A DNA stretch of 64,000 nt, from assembly GCA_951406725.2 (NCBI GenBank), contig OX597817.1, forward strand, positions 11,780,001-11,844,000, written 5' to 3'. This document shows, one piece after another, positions 41,325 through 54,489 of this stretch. Every line of letters begins with the position of its first letter. The stretch's first letter is position 1. Below the pieces are notes generated by a model that saw only the letters and a program-made list of their open reading frames with translations, ran no database searches and was not told the origin of the DNA. The DNA is from Octopus vulgaris (lineage: Eukaryota). Position numbers and translations under genes: made by a program.

Positions 41325-42171
41325 TGTATATATATAAATATATATGTATATATATACATACACATACACACAAAAACGTAGATACATATATGCATGCATA
41401 AATGCAAACATACATACATATGTACGTACATACATATGTACGTACGTACATAAAAGATAGGAGTAAGCAGGAGAAGAAAAAAGTAAGACGTGATGATTAG
41501 TCCCCTAGCTCTAATTATTTATGTCTGAGGACGAAAGCCTACTGCATATAACATGCTCACATAAAAAGCGTATGTTCGTACACACACACGCACACTCACA
41601 TATATGCTCAAAATTTTTTGCGTATCGTATACATATTTCTATGTGAATACTTTTCCACATACTTATACGTGTATAGATAAGTATATTTACTTACGTATGC
41701 TTATGAAACTGTAGAAGAGGAAGCTTAACTTTATTAAGAAATAATGGGCAAGAACACTTAGTGGCTTCTTGTCAAAGAGCTGAATTCGCAAATGTCTAGC
41801 ACCCAGACTTACATAGCATATGAATCCCGGTCGTTTCGGGAGATATACCACGAGCATAAATAGAAACACATACAATATCAATAAACTGAAGTGACATATT
41901 GTGGGAGTGGGTGTCCAATTCTTTTTCTTCGTGTTCTATCATTGGTGTTGTAGTTGTTTCAGTTCTGTTTTTTTTGTTGTTGTAGTATGGGGTGAGAAAG
42001 AGATTTTTTGTTATTGTAATGGCGGTTGTTGTTTATCTTTTGTAAAAGAATAGGTGGAGGACTGCAAAGATTCCTTATTGTCTTTATAATTATTCTCCCT
42101 GGTTGGTGGTGGGGTATCTTTTCGGTAAATGCTTACATAAGCCTCATATTTTGAACTTGTTCTGAATGTCT

Positions 42172-42229
<58 letters not shown>

Positions 42230-42269
42230 GCACACAAGCATATACATAAATGCGCGCACACACAAACAC

Positions 42270-42395
42270 ATATATATATATATATACACCCATATACATA
42301 TACATACATACATAAATAACACATATATATGTAGATATATACCTACATATATAAACATAAATATATATGTATATATATGTATTTATATACAGGCT

Positions 42396-42426
<31 letters not shown>

Positions 42427-42533
42427 CACCCATATACATACATACATGCATAAATAACGCATATATATGTAGATATATACCTACATATATAAACATAAAT
42501 ATATATGTACATATATGTATTTATATACAGGCT

Positions 42534-42564
<31 letters not shown>

Positions 42565-42669
42565 CACACCCATATACATATATACATAAATAACACATAT
42601 ATATGTAGATATATACCTACATATATAAACATAAATATATATGTATATATATGTATTTATATATAGGCT

Positions 42670-42708
<39 letters not shown>

Positions 42709-43020
42709 CACCCATATACATACATACATACATACATAAATAACACATATATATGTAAATATATACCTACATATATAAACATAAATATATATGTATATAT
42801 ATGTATTTATATACAGGCTACACACACACACGCACGCATACACACACACATATATAATCACCCATATACATATACATACATACATACATAAATAACACAT
42901 ATATATGTAGATATATACCTACATATATAAACATAAATATATATGTATATATATGTAGATATATACAGGCTACACACACACACACGCACGCAAACACACA
43001 CACACACACACACATATATA
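42270..43020. repeat. Minisatellite, about 5 units of ~140-150 bp built from microsatellite blocks
   Basis: Recurring CACCCATATACA..AAATAACACATATATATGTAGATATATACCTAC..CAGGCTA(CA)n. Confidence 0.9.
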
Positions 43021-44516
43021 CTTGTATGAAATATATTAAACATATTTCTACAAGAAACACAATAATCACATACGCACAGAAATATGTATATGCATGTGTG
43101 TGTATGTGTAACTGTTCGCACGCCTACTTATATTTCAGTGCGTACACATGCGTATGTATTTACAACTGTATGTGTGTAAATGCATATATTGCATATATGT
43201 ATTGATTATGTATGTATGTATGTATGTATGTATGTATGTATGTATGTATGTATGTATGTATGTATGTATGTATGTATGTGAGTGTGTGTATGTATATATG
43301 TATGTATGTATATATGTATGCATGTGTATGTATGTATGTATGTATGTATGTAGGTAGGTATGTATATATGTATCTATGTATATATATGAGTGTATGTATA
43401 TATATATGTATGTATGTATGTATATATGTATGTATGTGTATGTATGTATGTATGTATGTATGTATGTATGTATGTATACATATGCTTTGTGTGTGTTCTT
43501 ATAGAAATACGTTTAATATATATCAAAAATGTATTTATTATTATGGCGGAATCGTTAGCACACCGGACAAAATGTTTAGAGGCATTTCGTCCGTTTTTAC
43601 GTTCTGAATTCAAATTTCACCGAGGTCGATTTTGCCTTTAATCCTTTCGGGGTCGATATAATAAGTCCCAGTTGAGCATTGAGGCCGATTTAATCGACTT
43701 ACCTCCCCCAAAGTTCTAGTCTTGTGTCAAAATTTGAAATCATTATTATTATTATTATTATTATTATTACTACTACTACTACTACTACTACTACTATTGT
43801 TGTTGTTGTTGTTTTTGTTGTTAAGTGCAATAGAATTAATATCACCTCTATCTGGTATGCAATTGTCTCTGCTTTCTACAAGCGCTGAAAAAGAACAACA
43901 TTTATGATCCCTAGTTTTTCCATTAATTAAACTTCAGAAGAAAAGAAAACTAAGTAGCAACAGAAGCGAAAAGGTTTATGTATCTATTTGCTATACTGTT
44001 TCAGATAAGGGAACATTACTCTAATGTGAAATGGAATTTCATTTATTGTAGGAATTATCTGCCCAAATACCGCGCATTGAAATCGAACCCGCATCAGGTG
44101 GTTAGAAACGATTTTCCACACAGCTAAGTTTCTAGTAAAATGGTATTAAATACTGTAATGTAATTTAAGGTGATGCTCTTCTATTTCTACAAACTTCTTG
44201 TCTTCGACTGGAATAAGCGAATCAATATTTAGTCAAATATAAATGGCTTACAACTTGGTTACGATAAAAGAGTTTGGAAAGGCAGTTAGAATAAGCCTAA
44301 TTTGTTAAAGAGAGTTTGAGTCTTCTCTTGTCATTACTTTGTGTGGTTCAAAAGGATAAAACATTTTGTGCAGAACGCTTTGACCGAAAGCCTCTTTCCA
44401 ACTAAGCTGAGTATCGTATATTTCATGTAAGAAACACTTAATTTTGAACCACTAATATTTAGTACTTGTGTCTCTAAAGTACATAACATATGTTTGATAA
44501 AAATTAAACTAACTTC

Positions 44517-44935
44517 GTGTAGTAAGTAGCTTGCTTACCAACCATATGGTTCCGGGTTCAGTCCCACTGCGTGGCACCTTGGGAAAGTGTCTTCTACTAT
44601 AGCCTCGGGCCGACCAAAGGCTTGTGAGTGGATTTGGTAGACGGAAACTGAAAAAAGCCCGTCGAATATATATGTATACATATGTATGTGTGTGTGTATA
44701 TGTTTGTGTGTCTGTGTTTGTCCCCCCCATCACCACCACCAACATCGCTTGACAACCGATGCTGGTGTGTTTACGGCCCCGTAACTTAGCGGCTCCGCGA
44801 TAGACACCGATAGAATAAGTACTAGGCTTACAAAGAATACATCCTTGGGTCGATTTATCGACTAAAGGCGGTGCTCCAGAATGGCCACAGTCAAAATGAC
44901 TGAAACAAGTAAAAGAGTAAAAGAGAGTAAAGAGA
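44517..44935 (+). mobile_element. SINE family A
   Basis: Match to family A, 5' end clipped. Confidence 0.88.
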
Positions 44936-44999
44936 GCATTACTATAAAGTAAATTACTATAAAGTGATGTTTTATCCTGATGACTTCACCTAACGCAAC

Positions 45000-45280
45000 A
45001 GAGGGCTCAGTAAGTCCCATCCTTGAAAAAAGATCTTCTTTGATCCCTCCAGCTTTTAGTCTATCGCTCTCGTTCCCAACATATCCAACGTGGAGTTGTA
45101 ATCATATCCAAGAAGAGAAGATTGTTGAGCAATATTTTGCAGCATAAGTGCCTCCCCATCAACAATGATCACCAGTTCGGTTTCCATAGAGTTAGATTCT
45201 TGTCATTTGATAGATGTCCCAAGGCCTTGAGAATTTCGTCGAAAGAAAGGTCATTTCACTTGATATCAGTAAAGCACACT
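45000..45280 (+). mobile_element. CR1/Jockey-group RT fragment
   Basis: *SIALVPNISNVE, NDHQFGFHR and VISLDISKA, in order, across frameshifts. Confidence 0.65.
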
Positions 45281-45291
45281 TTACTGATCTG

Positions 45292-45635
45292 CATCATCAT
45301 TGTTCGACCGTGGTCGAGACAATGGAATTTACCATGCTACGCCAGACTTCACGGTCCATCATGGCATTACGGAGGTCCTGTTGCTGGATGCCTGTATCCC
45401 TGGAGATTACATCAGGGTAGGAGAGTGTGCGCCCTCTGGTATTGCGAGTAGATGGCTTCCAGAGGAGAAGAGTAGAAATTACTTCTTTTTCAGCTCTACA
45501 ACAATGTCCAGCAAACTGGACTCTCCTACCTTTCACAAGAGATGACACAGGTGGTAGTTTCCCATATATTTGCATTTTGCTTGGATGGCGCTTCCACGAG
45601 AGATTTACTGCTATCGAGCATGCTATATGAGTCTT
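45292..45635 (-). mobile_element. RTE/RTEX-like LINE 3' end with (TGA)n tail
   Basis: IYGKLPPVSSLVKGRRVQFAGHCCRAEKEVISTLLLWKP..GRTLSYPDVISRDTG..MMDREVWR, uninterrupted to the stop at 45297. Confidence 0.85.
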
Positions 45636-45778
45636 TGGGCCAAGCTGGCTGCAATGGCTTTCATTCGTCTCTCCTTTCTGCAAACACATTACCTTAGTAA
45701 ACTTGACATGTCTCAACGGAAAATAATTTCAAACATGGTATTCCTCAACAAAAGACAAATTGGTATATAAAACTGCAA

Positions 45779-46197
45779 GGCGGCGAGCTGGCAGAAACGT
45801 TAGCACACCGGGCGAAATGCTTAGCGGTATTTCGTCTGCCGTTACGTTCTGAGTTCAAATTCCGCCGAGGTCGACTTTGCCTTTCATCCTTTCGGGGTCG
45901 ATAAATTAAGTACCAGTTACGCACTGGGGTCGATGTAATCGACTTAATACCTATGTCTGTCCTTGTTTGTCCCCTCTGTGTTTAGCCCCTTGTGGGTAAT
46001 AAAGAAATAGGTATTTCGTATGCCGTTACGTTCTGAGTTCAAATTCCGCCGAGGTCGACTTTGCCTTTCATCCTTTCGAGGTCGATAAATTAAGTACCAG
46101 TTACGCACTGGGGTCGATATAATCGACTTAATCTGTTTGTCTGTCCTTGTTTGTTCTCTTTGTGTTTAGCCCCTTGTGGGTAGTAAAGAAATAGGTA
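45779..46197 (+). mobile_element. SINE family B, tandem dimer
   Basis: Second unit restarts at GGTATTTCG; TSD GGTATATAAAAC(T/C)GC. Confidence 0.92.
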
Positions 46198-46816
46198 TAT
46201 AAAACCGCTTTCCACAGTTAAGTGGGGGGGAGGGAGGAATTTGGAGTGGATATTTCTGCTTTCCACAGTGAAAGGGTTAACGTGTTTGCTGTTGAAAAGT
46301 ATATTTGCATTAGTTGCAATATGGCTGTTTTATTATTTATGTAGGCGCAATCATGGTTGTGTTAAGTTCATTCACAACCACGTGGTTTCGGGTTCATTCC
46401 CGCTGCGTGGAATCTTGGGCAAGTGTCTTTTATTATAGCCTAGCAAGTTAATTTGGTAGATGTATGTATGTACGTACGTATGTATGTATGTATGTATGTA
46501 TGTATGTATGTATGTATGTATGTATGTATGTATGTATGTATGTATGTATGTATGTATGTATGTATGTATGTATGTATGTATGTATCTATGTATGCATGTC
46601 TACACACAAATGAGCGAGTAGTAAAATATATGGATTTAGAAAATCGTGCAGCTATCATAATAAGCTCCTCTTAATATTTAGGCAGACATCTACGCATAAT
46701 TTCTTGTCTATCAAAATTAACAGTGCATGCTGAAGGTTGCAAAACAGACGTAACCCTATGAAAGTTACATGGTTAAATAGAAATATGTTCAACGCTTATA
46801 GCTCTTGACTATATGC

Positions 46817-46874
<58 letters not shown>

Positions 46875-46893
46875 ACACACACACACACACACA

Positions 46894-47122
46894 GAGGATA
46901 AATTAAGATAAACACGAGTTTATATAATGAGTTTCTACGCACGTTTCACCGTTGTGGTTCCTCGCAACTCTGCATTTGATGTTCAAAGTGCATATGGGTG
47001 CTTAACCAGAACGGATCATCAGGGAACATTCTATTGCATTAAGTTACAGACAATGCAGAGTTTCAAGCACCCATAGTGCGTAGAAACTCATAATATAAAC
47101 TTGTATTTATCTTAATTTCTCC
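46894..47122. mobile_element. Fold-back element with ~45-bp inverted arms
   Basis: AAATTAAGATAAACACGAGTTTATATAATGAGTTTCTACGCAC / GTGCGTAGAAACTCATAATATAAACTTGTATTTATCTTAATTT. Confidence 0.85.
46931..47027 (-). ncRNA. Type I hammerhead ribozyme with long stem II insertion
   Basis: Minus: GTTCC-CTGATGA-t-CCGTT-c-TGGTT..(~45 nt)..AACCA-c-AACGG-t-GAAA-CGTGCG-TA-GAAAC. Intact core, GUA triplet. Confidence 0.78.
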
Positions 47123-47273
47123 TACATTTCACAGTTTCATAACTAGTAATATTATAGTAGTATAGTAATCATTTAGTCACTACTCTGGAGGCTAACTGAC
47201 TATGATAATGTACATCGACCTCTGAACAGTAGCAGTCGTACATCTATTTGTACACAATTTGTATACACAAGTA

Positions 47274-47344
<71 letters not shown>

Positions 47345-47345
<1 letters not shown>

Positions 47346-47719
47346 GAGCAAAACGTCCCCCGTCTAATGGATGGTGCTGAGTTATCAAACATTTAAACAA
47401 AATTTTCTCAAAACAACTTGTCCGACCATCCCATAGGCCTCTCCTTTGAGAAACACTGATTTAACCTAAATTTGAGACACCAGCAAAAGAAGATAGACTT
47501 TTTTTCTATTACAAGAAAAACGATTTTACAAATGTACGTTCCCACGGCTTTATCCATCGCATTCTAACCTGGAATCGATTTTTGTAATTTTTTCAAGACT
47601 TATACACGCCCTGCTACCGTCGGTATCTACATATCAAATTTGAGCGCAATTGGATGGAGGATGCCCGAGATCCTAGAAGACAAACATATAGACAGACAGA
47701 ACGGATTTTATATAATAGA
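47345..47719 (-). mobile_element. Non-autonomous Helitron (second family)
   Basis: Minus start A|TCTATTATATAAAATCC; end CCATCCATTAGACGGG hairpin then CTCG|T (mutated CTAG). Confidence 0.7.
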
Positions 47720-47906
47720 TATACACACACATATATATATATACACACACACATATATATATATACACACACACATACACGCACACACTCACGCATATAT
47801 GCATATATGTAAATGAAATTGCTCCCGTATGTTATATAAAACTTAAATACACCAGTTATGTTTTTGCCTTTCTTGTTACTATGTTTATGCATGTGTATGT
47901 CTGTGT

Positions 47907-47959
<53 letters not shown>

Positions 47960-48574
47960 TGTGTGGTTCAAACAAACAATTCAAGTCAGTACTCCGGCAT
48001 GGGTGCCATTCAATTTAAGTTTTGAGTTTAGAACGTTCTGACTTTAGAACGCTTAATTTCAATATCAATTGTCAATAATCTCTACCGCTAAGTTCTGAAA
48101 TTAAATCCTTCGGAGATCAACTTTGCCTTTCATCCCTGCGGGATTTATAAAATAATGCACCAGACATGGGTTGATATAATCCACTCGTGCCTATTTTCGA
48201 GGCAATATTTTACTGTATATATTTTACTATGTATTTTAGAAAAGACGTGATTATTTTAGCTTTATGCCATGTACTTTATTATATATTATTCATTACTTAT
48301 GCTCATATGTATTGACGTCTTTATATGTTGTGTATTATATATACATACTTAAAAATTACGATGTTCACAAGGGCATCTATCATTTTGGAGTACCATACAC
48401 ATTGACACGAATACATAAACACCAACTACAAAAGCAGATAAAAACAATGATACAAACGAACCTTCCCAACAAAACTTATGTAATCCATTCTATACATGCT
48501 GTACCTATAACAAGCTAAAAGAAACTCCCTATATATAGCTAGCACAGTCATTTCTTAATTTCTGAATATACGGT

Positions 48575-48645
<71 letters not shown>

Positions 48646-48648
<3 letters not shown>

Positions 48649-48800
48649 GGAGTAAACACATAAATGTGAAACAACGTGGAAAAAAGAGTACTCAAATACC
48701 AGTGGTAGAGTAATATGTTTTATTTAAAGCAGTAGAAAATTCAACAAAACCTGTTACTCTGAGTTTTTGTTGAATTTTCTGCTGCTTTAAATAAAGTACA
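48646..48800. mobile_element. (TA)n-flanked fold-back derivative of the 39661 family
   Basis: TTTATTTAAAGCAGTAGAAAATTCAACAAAA / TTTTGTTGAATTTTCTGCTGCTTTAAATAAA hairpin; turns around inside the hammerhead stem III. Confidence 0.8.
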
Positions 48801-48801
48801 C

Positions 48802-48863
<62 letters not shown>

Positions 48864-50599
48864 TCGGTTAAGTAATTGAGATTCTAGTGAATTCTAAAGA
48901 ATTCACATGAATATGGTCCTTAACTAGGATGCACCGGAAATCTATATGGTGTTAACCATACGACAAGTGGGGTGATTGCAAATAGGAAAAAAACAACAAG
49001 AATGGATTAAAATCTCGGTACGATCGTTTCGTACGAGGACATCTTTAATAAGCTACAAAAAATGCAGTGAATACAGATGGCTTGTACTCGTCAGCCGAAA
49101 AAATATCAGAGAATTCCCAAACATCAAAAGGTGTAGATACAAAAGAGGTTGTAAGATTAACTGCATTGAAGAAAGTTCGATTCATGGATATCCGATGAAA
49201 GGTTTTAAACCTATAGAATTTATGCATGTCTACATATAGCTCATATTGAATATTTGATCAAGTTGTATGAAGAAATTTTCATATATATATATATATAATC
49301 CATTCATCCAATATTTAGATTAAAATCGGGTTTTATTATAGCAGGATATTTTCAGATTTTATAGATTGGTATAGGCATAAGATACTTAGTTGCGAGGCCA
49401 GAAGAGGATAACTCATTTGGAAAGTGTGTTTCACATAATGATCGGGATATACCATATTCTGTCCACCATCTTGTTTGTTGTCAAATATCTCTAACCAGTA
49501 TAGCAGACTGTCGTTTCAAGTACGCGTAATTATTCGCGCTTGTTGAAACCCAGGGTTTTTTAGCCTATTTCTGGTTCCGGCTGACCGAATTAAATTATAT
49601 ATTCATGGGTATGTGTGTGTGAGAGACAGTGCATGCGTATGAGTGAAAATGTGTGTATGTGTTATGCGTGTATTACATGGCAAAGAAAGAGAGAACGAGT
49701 ATGAGAAAATGAGAAAAAGAAAGAGGGACTGAGTAAAAGTGAAAAAGAAAGAGAAAGAGAGAGAGAAGACAGCGTAACAGCAGTAGGGTAATAATTACAT
49801 ATATTAGCTCTAACGCAATGTGGATTTTTATAAAATATGATACTGTTGTCTTAGATCATATCACAAAAGTAGGAAAGAGGCGAACCGGAACTAAGTCAAG
49901 CGGCATTAATGTTGTTATTGTTAACTCGTATTGTTTTATATTTGTTTTATCTATTGATTTCATTTTCATCTGTTTGGCAACTGTTATGAGCCTGCTTTTT
50001 CATCTGCTTGCTTCTTCTTTTGTTTGTGCTGTTGTTGTGACAGGAAAAGAATAGGAGCCACGGGTCCTACAGCAGGATGATATAAGAAAGGAAAAATAGC
50101 ATTTAACTACTTGCATGTTTTCTCATCCTCTCTCTTTAACCACTCTTTCTTTCATTTTCTCTCTCTTCCTTTTTCCTTTCTCTTGCACTTGCTCGATAGC
50201 TCGTCTTCACATTCTTTTTATGTACTTCTATACAATATACTTACATGTACATTAATATATAACGGGATGTGTACATAAAAATATATACGCACGCTTACTC
50301 TTAAAAGTACGTGTATAGGTGTGCAAAAAAATACAGAGAAACACACACTCGTACACGAATGTATTTATGACTACATACATATATACAATCACACACATCC
50401 ATATCCACACAGACATATCTATATATATATGTAGTGACATATTATATAGACAAGCAAGTTAATTGTTGGTAGGGACACCGTATTTTGGTATGCAACAATA
50501 ATATACTACCAAAGGTTTATAAATTAATACGGTGTCCTACGTGTGTTAGCAGTGCTCTTCAATCACTTTTTAAAATTATTTCTACAGATCCTATATGAA

Positions 50600-51028
50600 A
50601 ACTAGAGCCAGAATAGTATTTGTCTTTCTTGTCCAACACGATAATGTCCAAACGGCGATGCTCGACTAAACATATAAATATATGTATATGTATATGTATA
50701 TATATATACATACATATATATATATATATATAATATATATATATACATATATATATTTATATATATATATATATATAAAATCCTATATATATATATGTAT
50801 GTATGTATGTATATATATATACATACATATACACACATATTATATATGTATACTCAGGATTTCCAGATGTTATCGCATATATATATACATATATATATGT
50901 TGCTTCGAGTTCTGCTGTTTGTTTATATATATATATATACAGTTGGAGAATATATAGCCGTCTTTATATATATATATACATCATATATACGCACATTTTG
51001 ACTCGGGATATGGGCCAGTGTATCAGTC

Positions 51029-51073
<45 letters not shown>

Positions 51074-51121
51074 CAACTGAAGGCATTTGAGCCACTATGA
51101 TCATGCCCCAGACAGTATATG

Positions 51122-51200
<79 letters not shown>

Positions 51201-51290
51201 TATCATTCAGGGTTGGATTTAAGCTTTGTGAGGTATGTGGCCTTGCAAGTTCGGTGTATCTTCATACAAAAAATGTTTAATCCATGACAG
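50600..51290 (-). mobile_element. R4/Dong-like C-terminal remnant fragmented by (TA)n tracts
   Basis: Islands between TA tracts translate in order on the minus strand as [29 protein letters not shown]..(GGATTT) and [17 protein letters not shown]. Confidence 0.6.
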
Positions 51291-51540
51291 ATCACTATAC
51301 TTACATATGAAAAGCCTCCTGTTGCGTATAATTGAAAATGACAAGTTAGTACATAAAAAAAATTAAAACCATCCATCAGTGTAATAATTTATCATCAAAA
51401 CGAAGCACGAAGTTTTACCACTTAACCACCATATACTGCTACATTCTTACACAAACATCTCTTTCAACTCTTCGCGTCTGAAATAGCTTTAATGAATTCA
51501 TCAAACTGTATCGTCTTTAGATCACTACTCTTTACAGAAA

Positions 51541-51925
51541 GTGGAGACGCAATGGCCCAGTTGTTAGGGCAGCGGACTCGCGGTCATAGGATCGCGGTTT
51601 CGATTCCCAGACCGGGCGTTGTGAATGTTTATTGAGCGAAAACACCTAAAAGCTCCACGAGGCTCCGGCAGGGATGGTGGTGATCCCTGCTGTACTCTTT
51701 CACCACAACTTTCTCTCACTCTTACTTCCTGTTTCTGTTGTACCTGTATTTCAAAGGGCCGGCCTTGTCACTCTCTGTGTCACGCTGAATCTCCCGAAGA
51801 ACTACGTTAAGGGTACACGTGTCTGTGGAATGCTCAGCCACTTACACGTTAATTTCACGAGCAGGCTGTTCCGTTGATTCGGACCAACCGGAACACCTCG
51901 TCGTCGTAACCGACGGAGTGCTTCC
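51541..51925 (+). mobile_element. SINE family C, tail type 3
   Basis: tRNA-like head TGGCCCAGTTGTTAGGGCAGCGGACTCGCGGTC..GGTTTCGATTCCC. Confidence 0.88.
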
Positions 51926-53829
51926 TCCTCCTCACTCGTTACAGTCCTAAAATGAGATTGAAAGTACCGTATCTGATTTTTTCTTTCGCAGTAAGAAACT
52001 TTTCTGAGCTGATGTTGTGTTGGCACCGTGTTTGTTTCTCTTGCCTGGCCAACCGTTTGTTACCTTGTAGTCTGTATTTCCACATGTATTCCTGGCATCC
52101 AATTCCAACTGTTTATATATATGCCAAAGAAGCTTTAGGAAACTTTTCTTAAAGAAGCAAAATTACCCACCAATTTCAACTCCTTAATAAAGTCTTATTT
52201 GTACAGTTAAAGATGCAAGAAATAATTTCAGATCTTGATCATCAGATCAATTTCAAGTCTATTTTTTCTGCCAATGTTTGAGCTTCCTATGATGGTTCAT
52301 GTGTTTCTACTAGATAATCTTCAATATATATGAGCGCATTTTAATACAGTTATATCTATCTACGCGAGCTTTAGTAGTATCAATTCCTGCAGAGTTACGA
52401 GTGTCTGATAAGGGTTATAAAGTTAGTGTACTTTGACTTCCTTCTTAATTGAATTTGCCCATCTGTGAGTCGACACAGAAGAGAATGTGTATTACCTTTG
52501 TATGAAGTCGAAATAGTTAACTGCTTCAAAACAGAAAGACGAATTAGCCTGTCTAACAAGATTTAAAGAATGATCAGCCCAACAAATAAAAGCTACAACT
52601 AGCTCATTTCCTTACTTCTGTCTTGCATTCCCGGGCAATAACCTGACATATTACTGTCATTGTCATAGGACTGCTCCCGGTAGTCTTCAAAATTTATTCC
52701 CTTTTATTTTAGGAATCCTAAGAGACATGAAGCCAAAAACGTTTCCCAGGACAATATAACGCACAACAGCTGTCAGCTTATGAACACGAGCCTGTTTGGT
52801 GTTAAATCTACAGAGACAGAGAAATATTTAGCAGTTTTTAAGTTCTGCTACAATATGATTCGTAACATATGTTGCCATCAATAGAACAATTTCTTCGTAG
52901 ATGGTATATTTATTATATATTTTATAATTATACTTGGAACATCCAATGTAGAGGTTACAAATAACCACAGCGGCGAAACGTACGTTGGGATCAGACTATA
53001 TCATAAACATAATAAAATTGTGTCTATCATAATTTCTCATATACATGTGTGTGTGCATGTGTATGTGTGTGTTTGTGGGTATGTGTGTGCGCGTGTGCGT
53101 GTGTGTATGCACCCGTGTGTGTGTATAAATTTACATTAATTTGTACTGAACCCATTGAAAGTCTCAAGGAAATTCAAACTACTTTTGGACTACGTAAACT
53201 GGTGTCGCTAATGTAGTCTCCTGGAAAGTACAACCAGAGCTTCTTCAAATCAAAACATGATGTCTAAGGATTGGTCAAGACTGGAACACCTTGGATTATA
53301 GGTTTGCATAGTTAGAGTTTGTTTGATTCTAAACAGCATCAAATCTCAAGTAGTCGGTTTTCAAATCGACCCAGCTGAATTCTATCAAACTCGCTTTCAG
53401 TTCAATTATGCGGTGTAATGAGCCATAGACTAATATAAAATCTGAACAAAACAAAGAGAAATATATTCATTCATTCATGTGTTGATGTGAGTATACAGAC
53501 TCCTCCTGTAGCAACATTGCATGCGCATAATTTATGTAGTAAACTTCTACATGTATCATTTTAACTCTAGCCAATGTGTCAAAGATCTGTTCAGTTGAGT
53601 CAATGTGCTAAAAATGAGATAAGACTAAACTTTGGCCGCATTATTATTTCATCCAATCCATCTTATTTTCGACTAGACAGACTGAAAGATCACAGAAGCG
53701 ATCATCAAACTACTGCGCAGACATATAAATCGCACTGTAATTAACTAATTGGGTCATTCGGTGGAATTGAATTATTTTTTTTACTTCCAAGAAATATACT
53801 CAGAAGCAACATAGATAATCAATCAGTGC

Positions 53830-53859
<30 letters not shown>

Positions 53860-53868
<9 letters not shown>

Positions 53869-53921
53869 GATAGATAGATAGATACATACATAGATAGGGA
53901 GAGAGAGAGAGAGAGAAATAG

Positions 53922-53952
<31 letters not shown>

Positions 53953-53965
53953 TAGATAGATAGAC

Positions 53966-54012
<47 letters not shown>

Positions 54013-54115
54013 CATAGATAGATAGCCAGATAGACAGACAGGCAGGCAGACAGACAGGCAGGCAGACAGACAAACAGACAGACAGATAGACAGATAGATA
54101 GGCATATAGATAGAC

Positions 54116-54165
<50 letters not shown>

Positions 54166-54235
54166 GCAGACAGGCAGACAGACAGACAGACATGCAGACA
54201 GACAGACAGACAGATAGATAGACAGACAGACAGAC

Positions 54236-54287
<52 letters not shown>

Positions 54288-54319
54288 CGATAGACAGATA
54301 GACAGACAGACAGACAGAC

Positions 54320-54384
<65 letters not shown>

Positions 54385-54385
54385 C
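53860..54385. repeat. (GATA)n/(GACA)n compound microsatellite
   Basis: Direct inspection. Similar (TATC)n tracts at 32315-32552 and 35882-36130; (CATA)n/(TATG)n at 26395-26830, 34957-35092, 43210-43475, 46460-46585, 56165-56385. Confidence 0.97.
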
Positions 54386-54489
54386 ACACACACATGTGTT
54401 TATATTCGGTCACGAATGCACACATATGCACAAAAACACGTACATAAACACACACTTATATACTTGTACATGTTTTTATCTTATTTTCT

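Noticed and set aside
50468-50540. ~16-bp inverted repeat GTAGGGACACCGTATT / AATACGGTGTCCTAC
   Set aside because: Probably a collapsed MITE or fold-back remnant; single copy in this window with no further support.
51541-51615. tRNA-like sequence with A and B boxes
   Set aside because: It is the head of SINE family C, runs into the SINE body and lacks a proper acceptor stem.
41687-52810. Minus-strand exon-like pieces with AG/GT signals (~41811-41885, ~52065-52108, ~52615-52807)
   Set aside because: Short, no recognisable protein, and the longest has stops in all frames; unsupported without transcripts.
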